DNA of 44,106 nt from the NCBI GenBank assembly GCA_964200185.2, contig CAXNAD020000026.1, forward strand, positions 1 to 44,106. Direction: 5' to 3'. The stretch comes from Choristocarpus tenellus KU-1152. Its lineage: Eukaryota; Protista; Phaeophyceae. Below, in pieces: positions 25,863 to 37,700 of this stretch. The position numbers and the translations under genes are program-made. Each line of letters starts with the position of its first letter. The first letter of the stretch is position 1. The notes beneath the pieces are model-generated. The model was given only the letters and a program-made list of their open reading frames with translations, was not told the origin of the DNA and did no database searches.

Positions 25863-28800
25863 ATGGCTGGAGGATTTGAAGCTCTAGGTCTTTGCCCCGA
25901 GCTCGTTCGTGCTGTTAAAGATGACTTTGGGTACCTCCTACCTACCAATGTGCAAGATGAAGCAATTCCTCTCATGCTAGGTGGTGGAGATGTGATGGCA
26001 GCAGCAGAGTCGGGTAGTGGTAAAACTGCTGCTTTTGCCCTTCCAGTATTGCAGCTTATACACGAAGAGATTAGAGGTTCTTTGAGGACAGGAGACACCA
26101 AATCCACCACTGCTGCCTCACCCACAGTATTCGAGTGGCGTATCAATATGGATGATAAGGATGCTGTGGTTGCTACCTCACCAAATGGTCTGGCCTGCCA
26201 AAGCAGGGCCCCAAAGTGGGCTGGTGCAAGGGCTCAATGCGGGGTTTCTGGAGGTGTCTATTATTACGAGGTGGGTGTTTCTTCTCTGGAACACCCAGGA
26301 ATCTAACATTGAAACATAATATATAGTGCACAATCAGCTGCTGAGTTTACCGTACCACTTTCATATAATCTGGGAGTATGAACGTTTACTTTGCCTATAT
26401 CTCACTCTTTCAACACTTCAAGTTTGTCTGATTAGGGGAGAGCCACTAGCAACAGAATGAAATAGATTAAGTAAGTTGATGACCACAATTGCACTTGCTT
26501 CTTGATGTGATAATGTAACATTTCTGACCAAGCTATCCGCATGTGAACTGCCTCCACCTACATTGCATTTGTTTTATAAAAAGGCTATACCTGAAGACGA
26601 TGGATTATGCCGGTTCGGGTGGGCCACACAGGCAGCCTCATATATCCTTGGTGCTGACTCATCAGGGTTTGGCTTTGGTGGGACTGGTATGAAGTCAAAC
26701 AAAGGGAAGTTTGAAGATTATGGAAAAAGCTTTGGAAAGGACGATGTCATTGGTTGCCTACTGGACTTGAACAAGGTGTACTATTACATTATAAATTTGC
26801 TCAATTTTTATAGCCGGTCATGATTTTGTTTGGGGTTTGTTGGGCTTGAAAAATTGTTCACACCCCAAAGGTCATACGCTGCAAGAATTGTTTACATAAG
26901 TGTTGTGTTTCTTGCCCTGCTTATGGTGTGGCAATGTTTGCTTCACATGACTCAGTTTTGTTTAAATGCATTATTTCTCTTGATGTGTATGCATACACTT
27001 TATCATCTTCTTCAGCATGTCTAACTAAAACACTCTTTGGGGTTTGTTTTCGTGTACCTCATACAGTAGCGAGATATGGCATTGGAATTTCTTATTCATG
27101 TTGTCAAGTGCTGACTTTTGTGTGTGTGTGTGGAATCTGGTTTTGCGTAGGAGCTCAAAAGAGAAGAGAAATAAACTGTTCTGTGTGGTGACTGTAGGAT
27201 CAGGTAAGGAGGATGAAACCTTACCCTAAATACAAGGAGTTATAATCATACCAAGTTTTATATGGACATTGGGCTATTATGTAGAATATTTGACTCAAAT
27301 ATTCTACACTTACCTGCCTCTCACCTAATCTTGTTGGTCTATACATACAGGGGGTTATATCATTCTCCAAGAATGACTGTTACTTGGGATTGGCATATAA
27401 GCTGTCTGGGGGACAGACAGGACCTTTCTTCCCAGCTGTATGCTTGAAGAATGCTCAGGTAAATTCCATGCTGGGGCAAGCTAATCTATTTACTGAAAGA
27501 CTATTTAGATCACGTTCTGTTCTGCACATGGATATTTTATAATACATTCTTCGACGAACTTGCATTTCACAGGCATCTTTCAACTTTGGAGGCATGCCTT
27601 TCAGGTACCCTCCACCTGCCCCTTACACTGGGCTGGTCTCAGCTGAGAGTAGGTATGTCATTGATGCAGGTGCCCCTGCAGCATCATCAAAGCATGGAGT
27701 GCGCACTCCAGTGGCTATTATTCTTGAACCAGTGCGAGATCTTGCAGAGCAAGTATCTGATTGCATTACAGGGTTGAAGGTAAGGTTTCTACAATGATGT
27801 GTTTAATATATGTTGCTTTCAAGCTCTTGCTTTACTTCCAGTACATATTAGCCAATACTGCTGTGGATGTGCAAAGCTATGTGGTTTGATTAATCTCACA
27901 TCCTTCTGTCACACCAGCAAAAAAGTGGTAGTGTAAGCAGATGTTTATTGCTGGGGATTGGACTAAAATAGGAGGCCTGGCATGTTCCCAAATTATCTTT
28001 CGCTGAAGCTTAAGAGAACTGATATGTTAAATTGTTGGTGATTAACTGTTAGACCTGTGAATTTATTGGGTTGGTGACTCGAGATCAATCAGTTGGTTGT
28101 TGATCACTTGATGTTGTTAATCGTATGGGCCCCAGCACACAGGTCCTATTGTGCTGTAAGTTTTGAGGCAACAGACCTCAGTGGTGGTGGTGGGTCATAA
28201 GGGGGATCAGGTAAAGACTATCTCCAATAATCCTTTCTGCCAAGAGCAGACCATGGATGTGGATCAAAATGAGAGGGAGCTTCTATCTGGTGTGCACATA
28301 CCATTTTTATAAGGGTGTGCTTCAGTTTTACCCTATGCACAGAACAATCCATTATCAGCTCCCCAGCTCTTTATTAGCCATTTGATTGCAAATATTTAGC
28401 TGCAAACGATTACAATGGGTGCAGATTCACAACTCAATGTCTTGACATTCAGAGTATTGAGCAGATTTGAATTTCAGTATATAAGTCTGTTGATTTGCAG
28501 TTTCATGATACCATCAGTTGACTACATCACTGCACTACCTTACCTTGGATTTCCCCAACTACACCGTGCATTAACACTTCATAATTTATGGGTGTGCTTC
28601 TCTAATATTCTAGCGATACCTCAGGTCACCCTCTGTGGAGCATGCTCTACTCGTGGGTGGCACGGATGTGAAAGCAGATATGCGTTCTCTTCAGGCAACA
28701 TGTGATGTGGTTGTAGGAACAGCAGGACGTATCCTGGGCATGCTTAAGGAGGGGTCTTTGAAGACTTCATCTGTCCGCTTGCTGGTGAGCTTGTGAAGCA

Positions 28801-31800
28801 CAGGTTCATGGTTGCTTCCTGAACAGCTCATATCCCTGTTCATTCTCTTCATTTTGCTTAGGTCTAGCTTACTTCAGACTACCTTTTAAATAGTTAAAGA
28901 AGCTCAGTCTTAGTCGACATGAAATATAACCATTCCCTATGAACAACTTCGGGGAAGTTGTGCCCACTAAGAAAAAGACCAAAGATGTATGAGAGGAGCA
29001 CCTCTCTGCACTAGGATTTCTTGGCAATTGATCAGAAAACCTTTAGCTCAGCAGGCAAACACCTGCTGTAGACTCATAAAATCCGCAATCTGTCTACACC
29101 ACCTCTATCTGTGTATTGCTTACCACGCACTGGGTTCAGTCATCCCTACGCCCATCGCTCCATCTCCCTTGAACCTTGCACTGGACCCACCTTGGGTTTG
29201 TTCCGCAATGAGGTCATCTCATTTGAATATCCCACTTCCTTGTGTAAATTTTTTTCCAGTATCAAAGGGGTTTGAATCCACAAAATCTATGCTAGGGAAT
29301 GGCCGCCATTAACAACTGAGTGGTGAGGATGCGTATATGGTCATATAGGATGCTTCCCTTTAGGGCATTATGGTGTTGTATTGCAGCTCCACAATAAGTC
29401 TGTGACACATGCTCATTGCTGATATCTGATTGCAGTAGTGACCATTGAAAGGTTTATTGTGCTCATCAACCACTGCATAGGTGCTAGATGAGGCTGACCA
29501 CTTTCTCAAGACTGACAACCTGAAATCCATCATGGAAATATACAACCGCCTCCCAAAGAAAGGCATCGGTGAGAACCGACTTCAGGTAGGCGGGTCAAGC
29601 TTCAGGATTGCATTTGGCATCATGCAAAGGGATTTTGACTATGGTAGAGTGTTGGTTTTTGTGTGAACTCTCCTGGACTCTTTGCACTGTTAAGGTTGTG
29701 GTTCAGCATGCCTCAGGAGGTATTCTTCTTATGTTGTGAAATTACCTATTGGCCCTTGTTACAGGGACCCCCTTTTCACAGACTCACCCTCCAGCTTCCC
29801 TTCAATTTCTTATTTCCTCTTTTCATGCAGGTGTGCTTCTTCTCAGCAACCTTGCATTCGCCTGAAATCGCAGAGTTGTCAGGCATGATATGTGACAGGC
29901 CGGTGTGGGTTGATCTGAAGGGGAAAGATAGTATACCTGATACAGTGCACCATGCTGTTGTTCGCATCAACCCTAAGAACCATGCGCTGGTGGACTCAGT
30001 ACACCCCACCATAACTACTGATGGGGTAAACCATGGCATGAACGGCGAGCAAGAAGAGATGTCAGAGATGATCAAGAAACTAAAGCCACAAGTGGGTGTC
30101 CAAGTTCATTCGTAACTTCTACTAACTTTTGGAACATGTACTTTGTGTTGAACTTATCTTGGTGATGCTGCAGTATAATAGTGTTCTAGTGTTGGGTATT
30201 TGGTATTGACTACAAGCTTCAAGTTTTACTAGTATATACTGTAATAAGTAGTACTCCACTTACTCATCTACTAGTATATTGTGCTTTAAAGTATTTAGTT
30301 TTGTGCACTACATACAACATGAGGATAATGACTCAAACGCAGACACTCCATCAACAAATATATATGTTTACCTCTTTGATGCATGGATTTCTGTTGAGAA
30401 ACTTTAGACTACCTAACTTTGAGACTGTTATTCTCCTTAAGGTGCTGCTTGGGCTGATACAATCCCTACGAATGGATCAAGCGCTAATATTTTGCCGGAC
30501 TAATTTAGACTGCAACCTCCTGGAGCAATTTTTGGTTGATGTGGGTGGTGGGCAACGCTTTTTTGGAAAGTCTGACACAGGAAAGGAGAACAAATACTCT
30601 TGCTGTGTGCTGGCTGGAATGCGCTCAATGAAGGAACGCAGGGTGAGAGTTTGAAATCTGATCAATTAGATTGGAAGGAACTGCAACTGAAGCCCTCCAA
30701 TATTGCTATTCTATGGTACTACATGCCCTGCTTTTATTTGCATCCCTTGTTGAAATATGATTCCCTGCGCTGACCTCACTTTCATGTACTACAGTTATTC
30801 AAAGAGCAATGCAAAATTATGCACTAGCCACCAAAGCTGCTTTGATAAAAATCGTGTTTCATGATGCCATGTCATAAGTCAGAACAAATGTGAGGATACT
30901 ATTTGAATGACATTTTGTATCATTCCTCCTGTTTTGGCTGCATTCAATTGCTATGAAGTGCTGGAAAACAGCTTGAAGTTCGTTTTTAAACACAAAAAGT
31001 CGTATCGGGCAATATTTACACATTTTGTTCATACACCTACATTTTCAACCTGGTTGTTTTGAATGAGAAATGCTCTAGAGCTTCCATAGTCAACCTCTTG
31101 CTAGATACACCACACACTACTATACTCTGAAACCCCTTTGACCCCCGTCAGGTATCTCTTCCCAACTCTTTTGATCACCACTATCAACCAAAGAACTTTC
31201 TTATGGGTGGGCTTACAATATTTTGTTTGACTCAACCGTGTGTAGTATTGTCAATAGAAATAATCTGGGATATAAGCCAAATCGACTAGAAAAATTTCAA
31301 TGTATTCGATTAACAATTGAAACGTGCACAGCGAACGTATGGAGGCACGTAAGTTTCCAAGCTCATTGGGCAGTGCACGCAGCATGTATTCACTTATGAG
31401 CATAACCAATCAAAAATCCCCCCTCATTTTCAGCTTCAATTTAAATCATGAATATTTCGAAGTGCAGTGATTATTTAAGCACTACAGTTCACAAAACTAT
31501 GATGAGACTTTTGGAGGATGCATGGATATGAATCAATATTCTCTCAAGGCTGATTTCATGCTTTCAGTCATTGAGAGCTCAGAAATATTATTTTCAAATC
31601 AGTGGAAAATTCAGAATAGGACCTTTTCGTTCTTTTTGGGGGACAGTCATCAGAGATGAGTAAAAGCTTGAAATTATCCTTCTGCAGGGCTCCACCTGTT
31701 GACTTGAAGGTTCACCAGTGACAGGCTTCTGAGCTAAGATGTAACCTTGTCTGCACAAACTCTACATTGACCATTGTATCCATCATGCTATCAAACCTTT

Positions 31801-33318
31801 CTTGACCTGGTACTGATTTGGTATTTCCTGCCATTGTCCATTATTTGTACCATGGCAATGAATATGGAGCATCTTCACTTCTCCTGTAGACATGCAGTTT
31901 GTTACGTCCTGCGGAGACTCAATTGTATACCACACTATTTCTGGGTTCACTCGCATGAAGATACCAACCTTGGACTTTTAGATCGTGTTTCTCTAGAAAG
32001 GTTTCATCGTCATCTTTTTTTAATGGAAATTACTGATTTGCAGTGTTGGTGTGAAATCTCTAACCTGTTCGAAATGCCTACATTTGCAATAAATATTCCA
32101 AAATATATATTCTGTATATCCACACTTCCAAAGAAGTTATTCCTGATGAGTGCTATGGCACGTTCATGTTTTCGTATATGCTCATCAACATTTTACCTCT
32201 GGGATTTCATAGAGCAGGATTATAGTAGTACAGTATTGCTATTATCATGGTAAACAGTTCACAAGATAAAGGAGGGCAAAAGCCAACCCAACATAGGGTA
32301 CTCACTGAAACCAGTCAGCCATTCATTGTTTGAACTCATGTTTTAATAGAAGTAGTTACTACCTTAGAAGTCATTCCAGATTAGAGTAATGCAATGACCA
32401 TGAACAACGCACACTGCGAATTATGATCAATTCGCCTATGGAGAGAGCAAAACATACACATTAGGGAGTGTGTTGACCACAAACTGTGGTTTAACAACCC
32501 CCCCCCTTTTCCAAAATGTTCCTCAATGACATCATTGAGCAATACCCTCATACATCAGTCGTCCTGGTCAGCAAATGGAGATTGGCGGAAACACTCTTCT
32601 CCTACTACTAACCCTTGTGCCTCCAACCTGTTTCAGATCAACCTGCAGGCGTTTAAGGATGGTGATGTTCGATTTCTCATTTGCACAGATGTAGCTGCCC
32701 GTGGGATTGACATCAAAGGAATCCCATATGTTGTAAATATGACACTGCCTGATGCCCCTCAAATTTATATCCATCGAGTTGGTCGTGTTGGCCGTCAAGA
32801 CTGCTTGGGCTTGGCAATATCGTTAGTGGCTGCTGATGGTTACAAAGAAAAGGTACACAACCAGTCAATGAAATGAACCCATCAGATTATATGTTTTGGT
32901 ATCTCATTTGTTTGCCATCATCCATTTGAACTTTAAGTGAGTAATCCTCAATGAACCCTTCTTACAGGTGTGGTTCCACAAAAAATGTCGGAATCGAGGA
33001 CAGGATTGCTCCAACCGAGCATTGGTCAGCGCTGGAGGCTGTACACTATGGTATAATGAACAATCACTGCTCAAGTCCATTGAAAAGCACCTGGGACAAA
33101 CCATTCAAGAACTAGGTGAAGGCTACACCCTTCCGGCAGGACTAGGGGGTGGTGACACGTGTAACTATGGACAATCAGTAGCAAGTACTGTCACAGGATT
33201 GCATGAGCTGCATCACTTGGGTCTACCGCAGCTTGCTGTGCAGGAGCTTGCAGCACTGGAGCTTGAGGCTCAAAATAACTACCTAATATTTCATGAGGGG
33301 AAAGATTGGACGAGATAA
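25863..33318 (+). CDS. DDX1: ATP-dependent DEAD-box RNA helicase DDX1 (SPRY-domain insertion), 10 exons, 739 aa
   Basis: Exons: 25863-26270, 26584-26775, 27351-27458, 27573-27779, 28614-28784, 29481-29585, 29831-30091, 30442-30642, 32637-32852, 32968-33318. Q motif, [12 protein letters not shown] (YYYE...GLCRFGW...FGFGGTG), [34 protein letters not shown], and the DDX1-type C-terminus KVWFH-C...GGCTLWYNE. Confidence 0.96.
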
Positions 33319-33533
33319 TGTCACCATAACATAACTAATATAGTGTATATACCAAAAGGTACATACCTTTGTGGGGAATCACATACCAATGTTGGCTAGA
33401 TGTCAGTACACTTATAGGGCTCCAACTAGTTGTCCGGACAGACTAAAAAACTCATCAACATTTTGTGATACATTGCCATCTTTACCTACTTAGCACAAGT
33501 GTGGCGTGTGCTTGGGATTCTAATGCTCCAGCC

Positions 33534-34490
33534 TCAACCACCAGTGGACTTGGGCGTGAACAGTGGTATATCTCGGAGCTCTCGCCTTGAGCAAACGTAT
33601 TCACCTATTTGCAGACAAGAAATTTGTGACACGTCAACAATGCAATTGTGTACATGAACCCAAGATCTATCCAACGGCATTTTGTGGACTGAATAACTCA
33701 CCAAGCACAACCATGATGGCCAAGGCTACCACCTGCAGCATCCACCACTCCCAATTTCGAGGCGGTCCATCATATAAGGAGCAAAAACCCAAGTGCAAGA
33801 TGTAGAGGGTTGCAGTGAAGTCCAGGCACTTTTTTGCTCTCTCCACGATCAATGGGAGAAGAATTGCTCTAACAACAGTACAGGGTTCATTTACAGCGGT
33901 CAGTCTAAACACGATTTTCCAAATGGATGGCATCACAATCATATTACAGTGCCAGAAGACCACTATAGTACTTGGTCGTGAAGGGAAAAATCACTGAGAC
34001 AAGGCAATGGCTCATAATTTGGTGCCAGTAATCTTCGATGGGTCAGAAGGGGTGAGTGCCACTTCTACAAGGTCAACCACAATGGAGTAAAGATGCAAGC
34101 ACCAGTGGCCTATCGACAGCGGTTGTAATTTCGTAGCGATATTGAAGGGGAGCTCACCCGGCGAGGGAGGCCAGGAGGTGTGTGGCGATAACTGTCCATC
34201 CCACTGTTGTTGACAGGGACACTATTTTGCTGGAAAAAATAAGGAGAATCCCAAGCTGGGTTCCAAATAGCACTCTGCGAAAGGAAGGAGATAAAGAACA
34301 AATCAAAATGTAGCAAGACCATGGATAATAGGAGGATGAATAACCAAGTAATATTTGCAATAGTAAGGAATGTCGACAACTCAAGGCAGAAACAGCACCT
34401 GAAAATTCCCAACAGGCTAGCCACTATGGCATAGTGGAAGCACTGCAATGCAACGATTTGATACACAATCTGGTTAGGATCGAAAATCAT
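33534..34490 (-). CDS. SYS1: SYS1 Golgi integral membrane protein, 4 exons, 148 aa
   Basis: Exons (-): 34490-34399, 34274-34158, 33868-33702, 33604-33534 (447 nt). SYS1 motifs FDP..IVYQIVALQCFHY, IVERAKKCLDFTAT, PRNWEWW, LGEYVCSRRELRDIP. Confidence 0.93.
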
Positions 34491-34740
34491 GAATAGGATG
34501 GCCCTGCGGTTCACTCTCCAGAGGACACAAACAGACAGTCAAGTAAATGCAACAACAGTCGGTAGTAGTGTTAGTAGTATGGTTAATGTCGTTTGGGTGT
34601 GACATTGTTGTTTGGGTTGTAGAGGAATGTTCTTCAAACTGAATTTAATATTTTCCTAATACATTATTAAATCTACTGTTTACCCAACACTTTGTGTTGT
34701 GGTTTCCATACTGCCATTGCTTAAGCTGCTATTTGCAGAC
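34491..34740. promoter_or_regulatory. Compact putative bidirectional promoter SYS1/FPGS
   Basis: Only 250 bp between divergent ATGs, with an AT-rich core at about 34640-34675. Confidence 0.55.
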
Positions 34741-37700
34741 ATGGCAAGGGAGGTACAATATCAAGTGGTGCTCAGTTCCGGGCTTGTTGTGATGCTGTCA
34801 GTCCTGGTTACTTTTGGATTGATCAAATGGCGAAGGAAACGAAGAGAAGTTCAAACCATAACACTCCAATATCACTTAACAAGGAAGCAGTTGGAGGCTC
34901 CTGCAACGAGTAATTCGACCATGGACAATGCGATGATGAAGGTCGATGATTTCCGTTTTCGCCGTCGTTCTGCATTCTTCAAGCGCATCTTTCCTCGCAA
35001 GCTTCACAATGTCGACTACTATCACATCGCTGGAACGAACGGTACGTGTATGTGATTGCAGATCACAATTCGCATCAAATACTCTGTCACACACGTGTGC
35101 GCACACTCACAGAAATCTTCCCCATTTTCAGGAAAGGGGTCTGTGTGTGAGCTCCTCCGATGCTGCCTTGTTGCAAATGGTCACCTGGTAGGAACGTTTA
35201 CCAGTCCACATATTCACACCATCCGAGAGCGCATCCGTATCGGTGGTGATATCATCTCCATGGACGACTTTGTCCGTCACGCGGCGACTCTGCAGTGCGA
35301 TTTTCAAAACAACCTATGGCTCTTGCCCTTCGACAAGCTCCTTGCGATTGCTCTGCTACACTTTGCTGAGGTTCGTACAACTATTGGCCTCCGTCAAAAA
35401 CGTGTCGATTTTGCTGGCTCAACAACCTTTCAACTCGCCACTCGTATTCGTTTAGCATGTACCCCAGCAGCACTCTCATCACATATCTCAAACGCATGCT
35501 TTGGTACGACGCCTATACAGGCAGGAGCTGATACTATCATTCTTGAGGTTGGTATTGGGGGAAAGTACGACTCGACCAACTTCATCGAGCGACCCCCAAC
35601 GGCTAGCATCATCACCAGTATCAGCTACGACCATCAGGTGTGTTGAACATGCTGCATGGGGCCAGTATGAATGGTATTGGTAATTCTAAATTATAGAAAA
35701 GAAATTTTGAGATAACGTTTTTGTATATCTTTGTTTCTTCGCTGGTTGGAACATAGAACTGAACATGATGTCTCTGCATGGTATGCAGGGAAAATGTTCA
35801 AAGGTCACCTTGCTGTCACCGAGAAAATTAGCATTACTTACAAGCATGTAAATAGAGAAGTACCACTGACTTTCTTTGAGCAATAGAAACCTGGGTGAAG
35901 GGTTTGATCTTTGCTTTAGTGAACACACTACTTTAAGTCAAGATCTCACTAATTCACCAATAGGACCACACACTAACCAATCATTGTAACTGCCCTCATT
36001 TCTTGAGGAGCACATCTCTCAGACTATTGGTATGACCTCTTAAATGGGCAGAGTGTATCCTGACCCTTGGATTAGTATAACCTTTCCAAAATCTCCCTTA
36101 CTGAAATGACCACATCCCTATCATTACTAATTTTGACATGAACGGGCATTAAGGAGGATCTTGACAAGCAACAATGAAGATCACACATTCTCCGTGTTGT
36201 TTTAAATGACGACTTTTCATCTGCCTGTGCAAATGCAAAGGGATAATCTAAAGGTCAAACCAGTATACCAACCTGATCCCAGTTCAAGTAACTTGACATT
36301 GATGAGCATGGCTGAAGGGCTATATAGAAAACACAAGCATTCTCACATGTATTTGGGATGTACTTTGACTGGGTCAGCCCTACCCACCCTGACCAGGTAG
36401 GTCCAGTTAAAAACTTCTTTTTATCCATTTTCGTCAACACTTCAACACACCCGAGCCACAGGCATCCAATACCAAAATGTTACAACAGGGCTGATCCATG
36501 GCCAATTGTTTCAATGTGGTTAGGGTTCTTGTCAGCTGTAACAATCAAATCAGCCCATTTAATCATGAGGTATTGTCAATCATTGAGGTTGAGATGTACT
36601 GGATCTTGCCGCCAAGGGTGAAAAAGGTCACTCATAGGGTCCCTGTTGAAGGCAACCTAGGAAGAAAAGTATTGTGAGTTTGTTTAGTTTAATTTCCCTT
36701 GCAATAGTCAAAATAGAGGGAATAGCCATCCTTGTCGATGTAGACAAATTAAAGAAGCTAATGATGACAGATTTAGGGTCCATGAAGGATCTCTAAGACC
36801 CCACCAGTTCCAACCTTACAACACATTTTTCTCACCACACCTCACAACTGAATTTGGTCTGGGAGGCTGAGTGGTGTTCAGATACGTTCTACAATGTACT
36901 GCAGTGATATACTTGCACTGTTTACAAGGGGATATTGTCCAAACTTAATATCTTCATTTTTGTATGTTTGCCAGCCTAAGCACAAATAGTGTGTAAAGTG
37001 TTGCAGAGATAGTATAGTAGTACTTGGTGTGAATCTGGAAGTACAGCTCTACACCCTGACATTTATAATGCTGCATTGATATTTATTTGGCTTTACTCTC
37101 TCACCCTGTGAACTCATTTTAAATCAGTCCTCCACCTCAGCAGGCTTGCTGACTCGTTGTAAACCTCTTGCGTTGGCAAGTCTGGAACATGTTTTGACTG
37201 GCCTCTCTCCATTCACCTCACTAATAGGATAAGTACATCTACTAAGAAGATCTTAATCATCCCCTCCGCCTCCACAGCTGATGCCTCTTGCCATCAATCA
37301 CCAGAGTATCATGCTGTTGGAGATAGCAATCATATTACAATATTAACAGAAACCATTACTATATAGCCTGTAGCTGAAAGAGGCAGTAACTGCAATTATC
37401 ATGCAAAACATGCTGCTTTGGAATTGAAAAAACCAAGTGACTGGTATATGCTATGAGTAACATGCCTGGATAATTTAGGAAAAAAACATTGTTCCTACTG
37501 TATATATGGCAGGGTAACCCAAATGTTCTATGCATAAGTTTCACTGCACGCTAGCGAGAGTTACCCTCTTCCCAATAGTTGTGATAGAATGCTTAATCAG
37601 TTGTAGCATTACAGGCGCTTCAGCACAGCAACAACAGTGTGCTTGTTAAAATGGAGTATCACAGAAGCAAATGCTGTCAGCAACTCCCTCTCACGCAAGT

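Noticed and set aside
28930-29302. MITE or Helitron end in DDX1 intron 5 (10-bp inverted repeat CCATTCCCTA; 8-bp hairpin at 28943-28961)
   Set aside because: No TSD and no CTRR|T Helitron junction; too short to exclude chance.
31499-31553. Intronic C/D-box snoRNA (ATGATGA...CTGA)
   Set aside because: Only about 55 nt, weak terminal stem and no recognisable rRNA guide.
31774-32253. 159-aa ORF in DDX1 intron 8, and similar 60-180-aa intronic or antisense ORFs throughout
   Set aside because: Non-ATG starts or low-information composition, no motifs, and the host gene models are complete without them.
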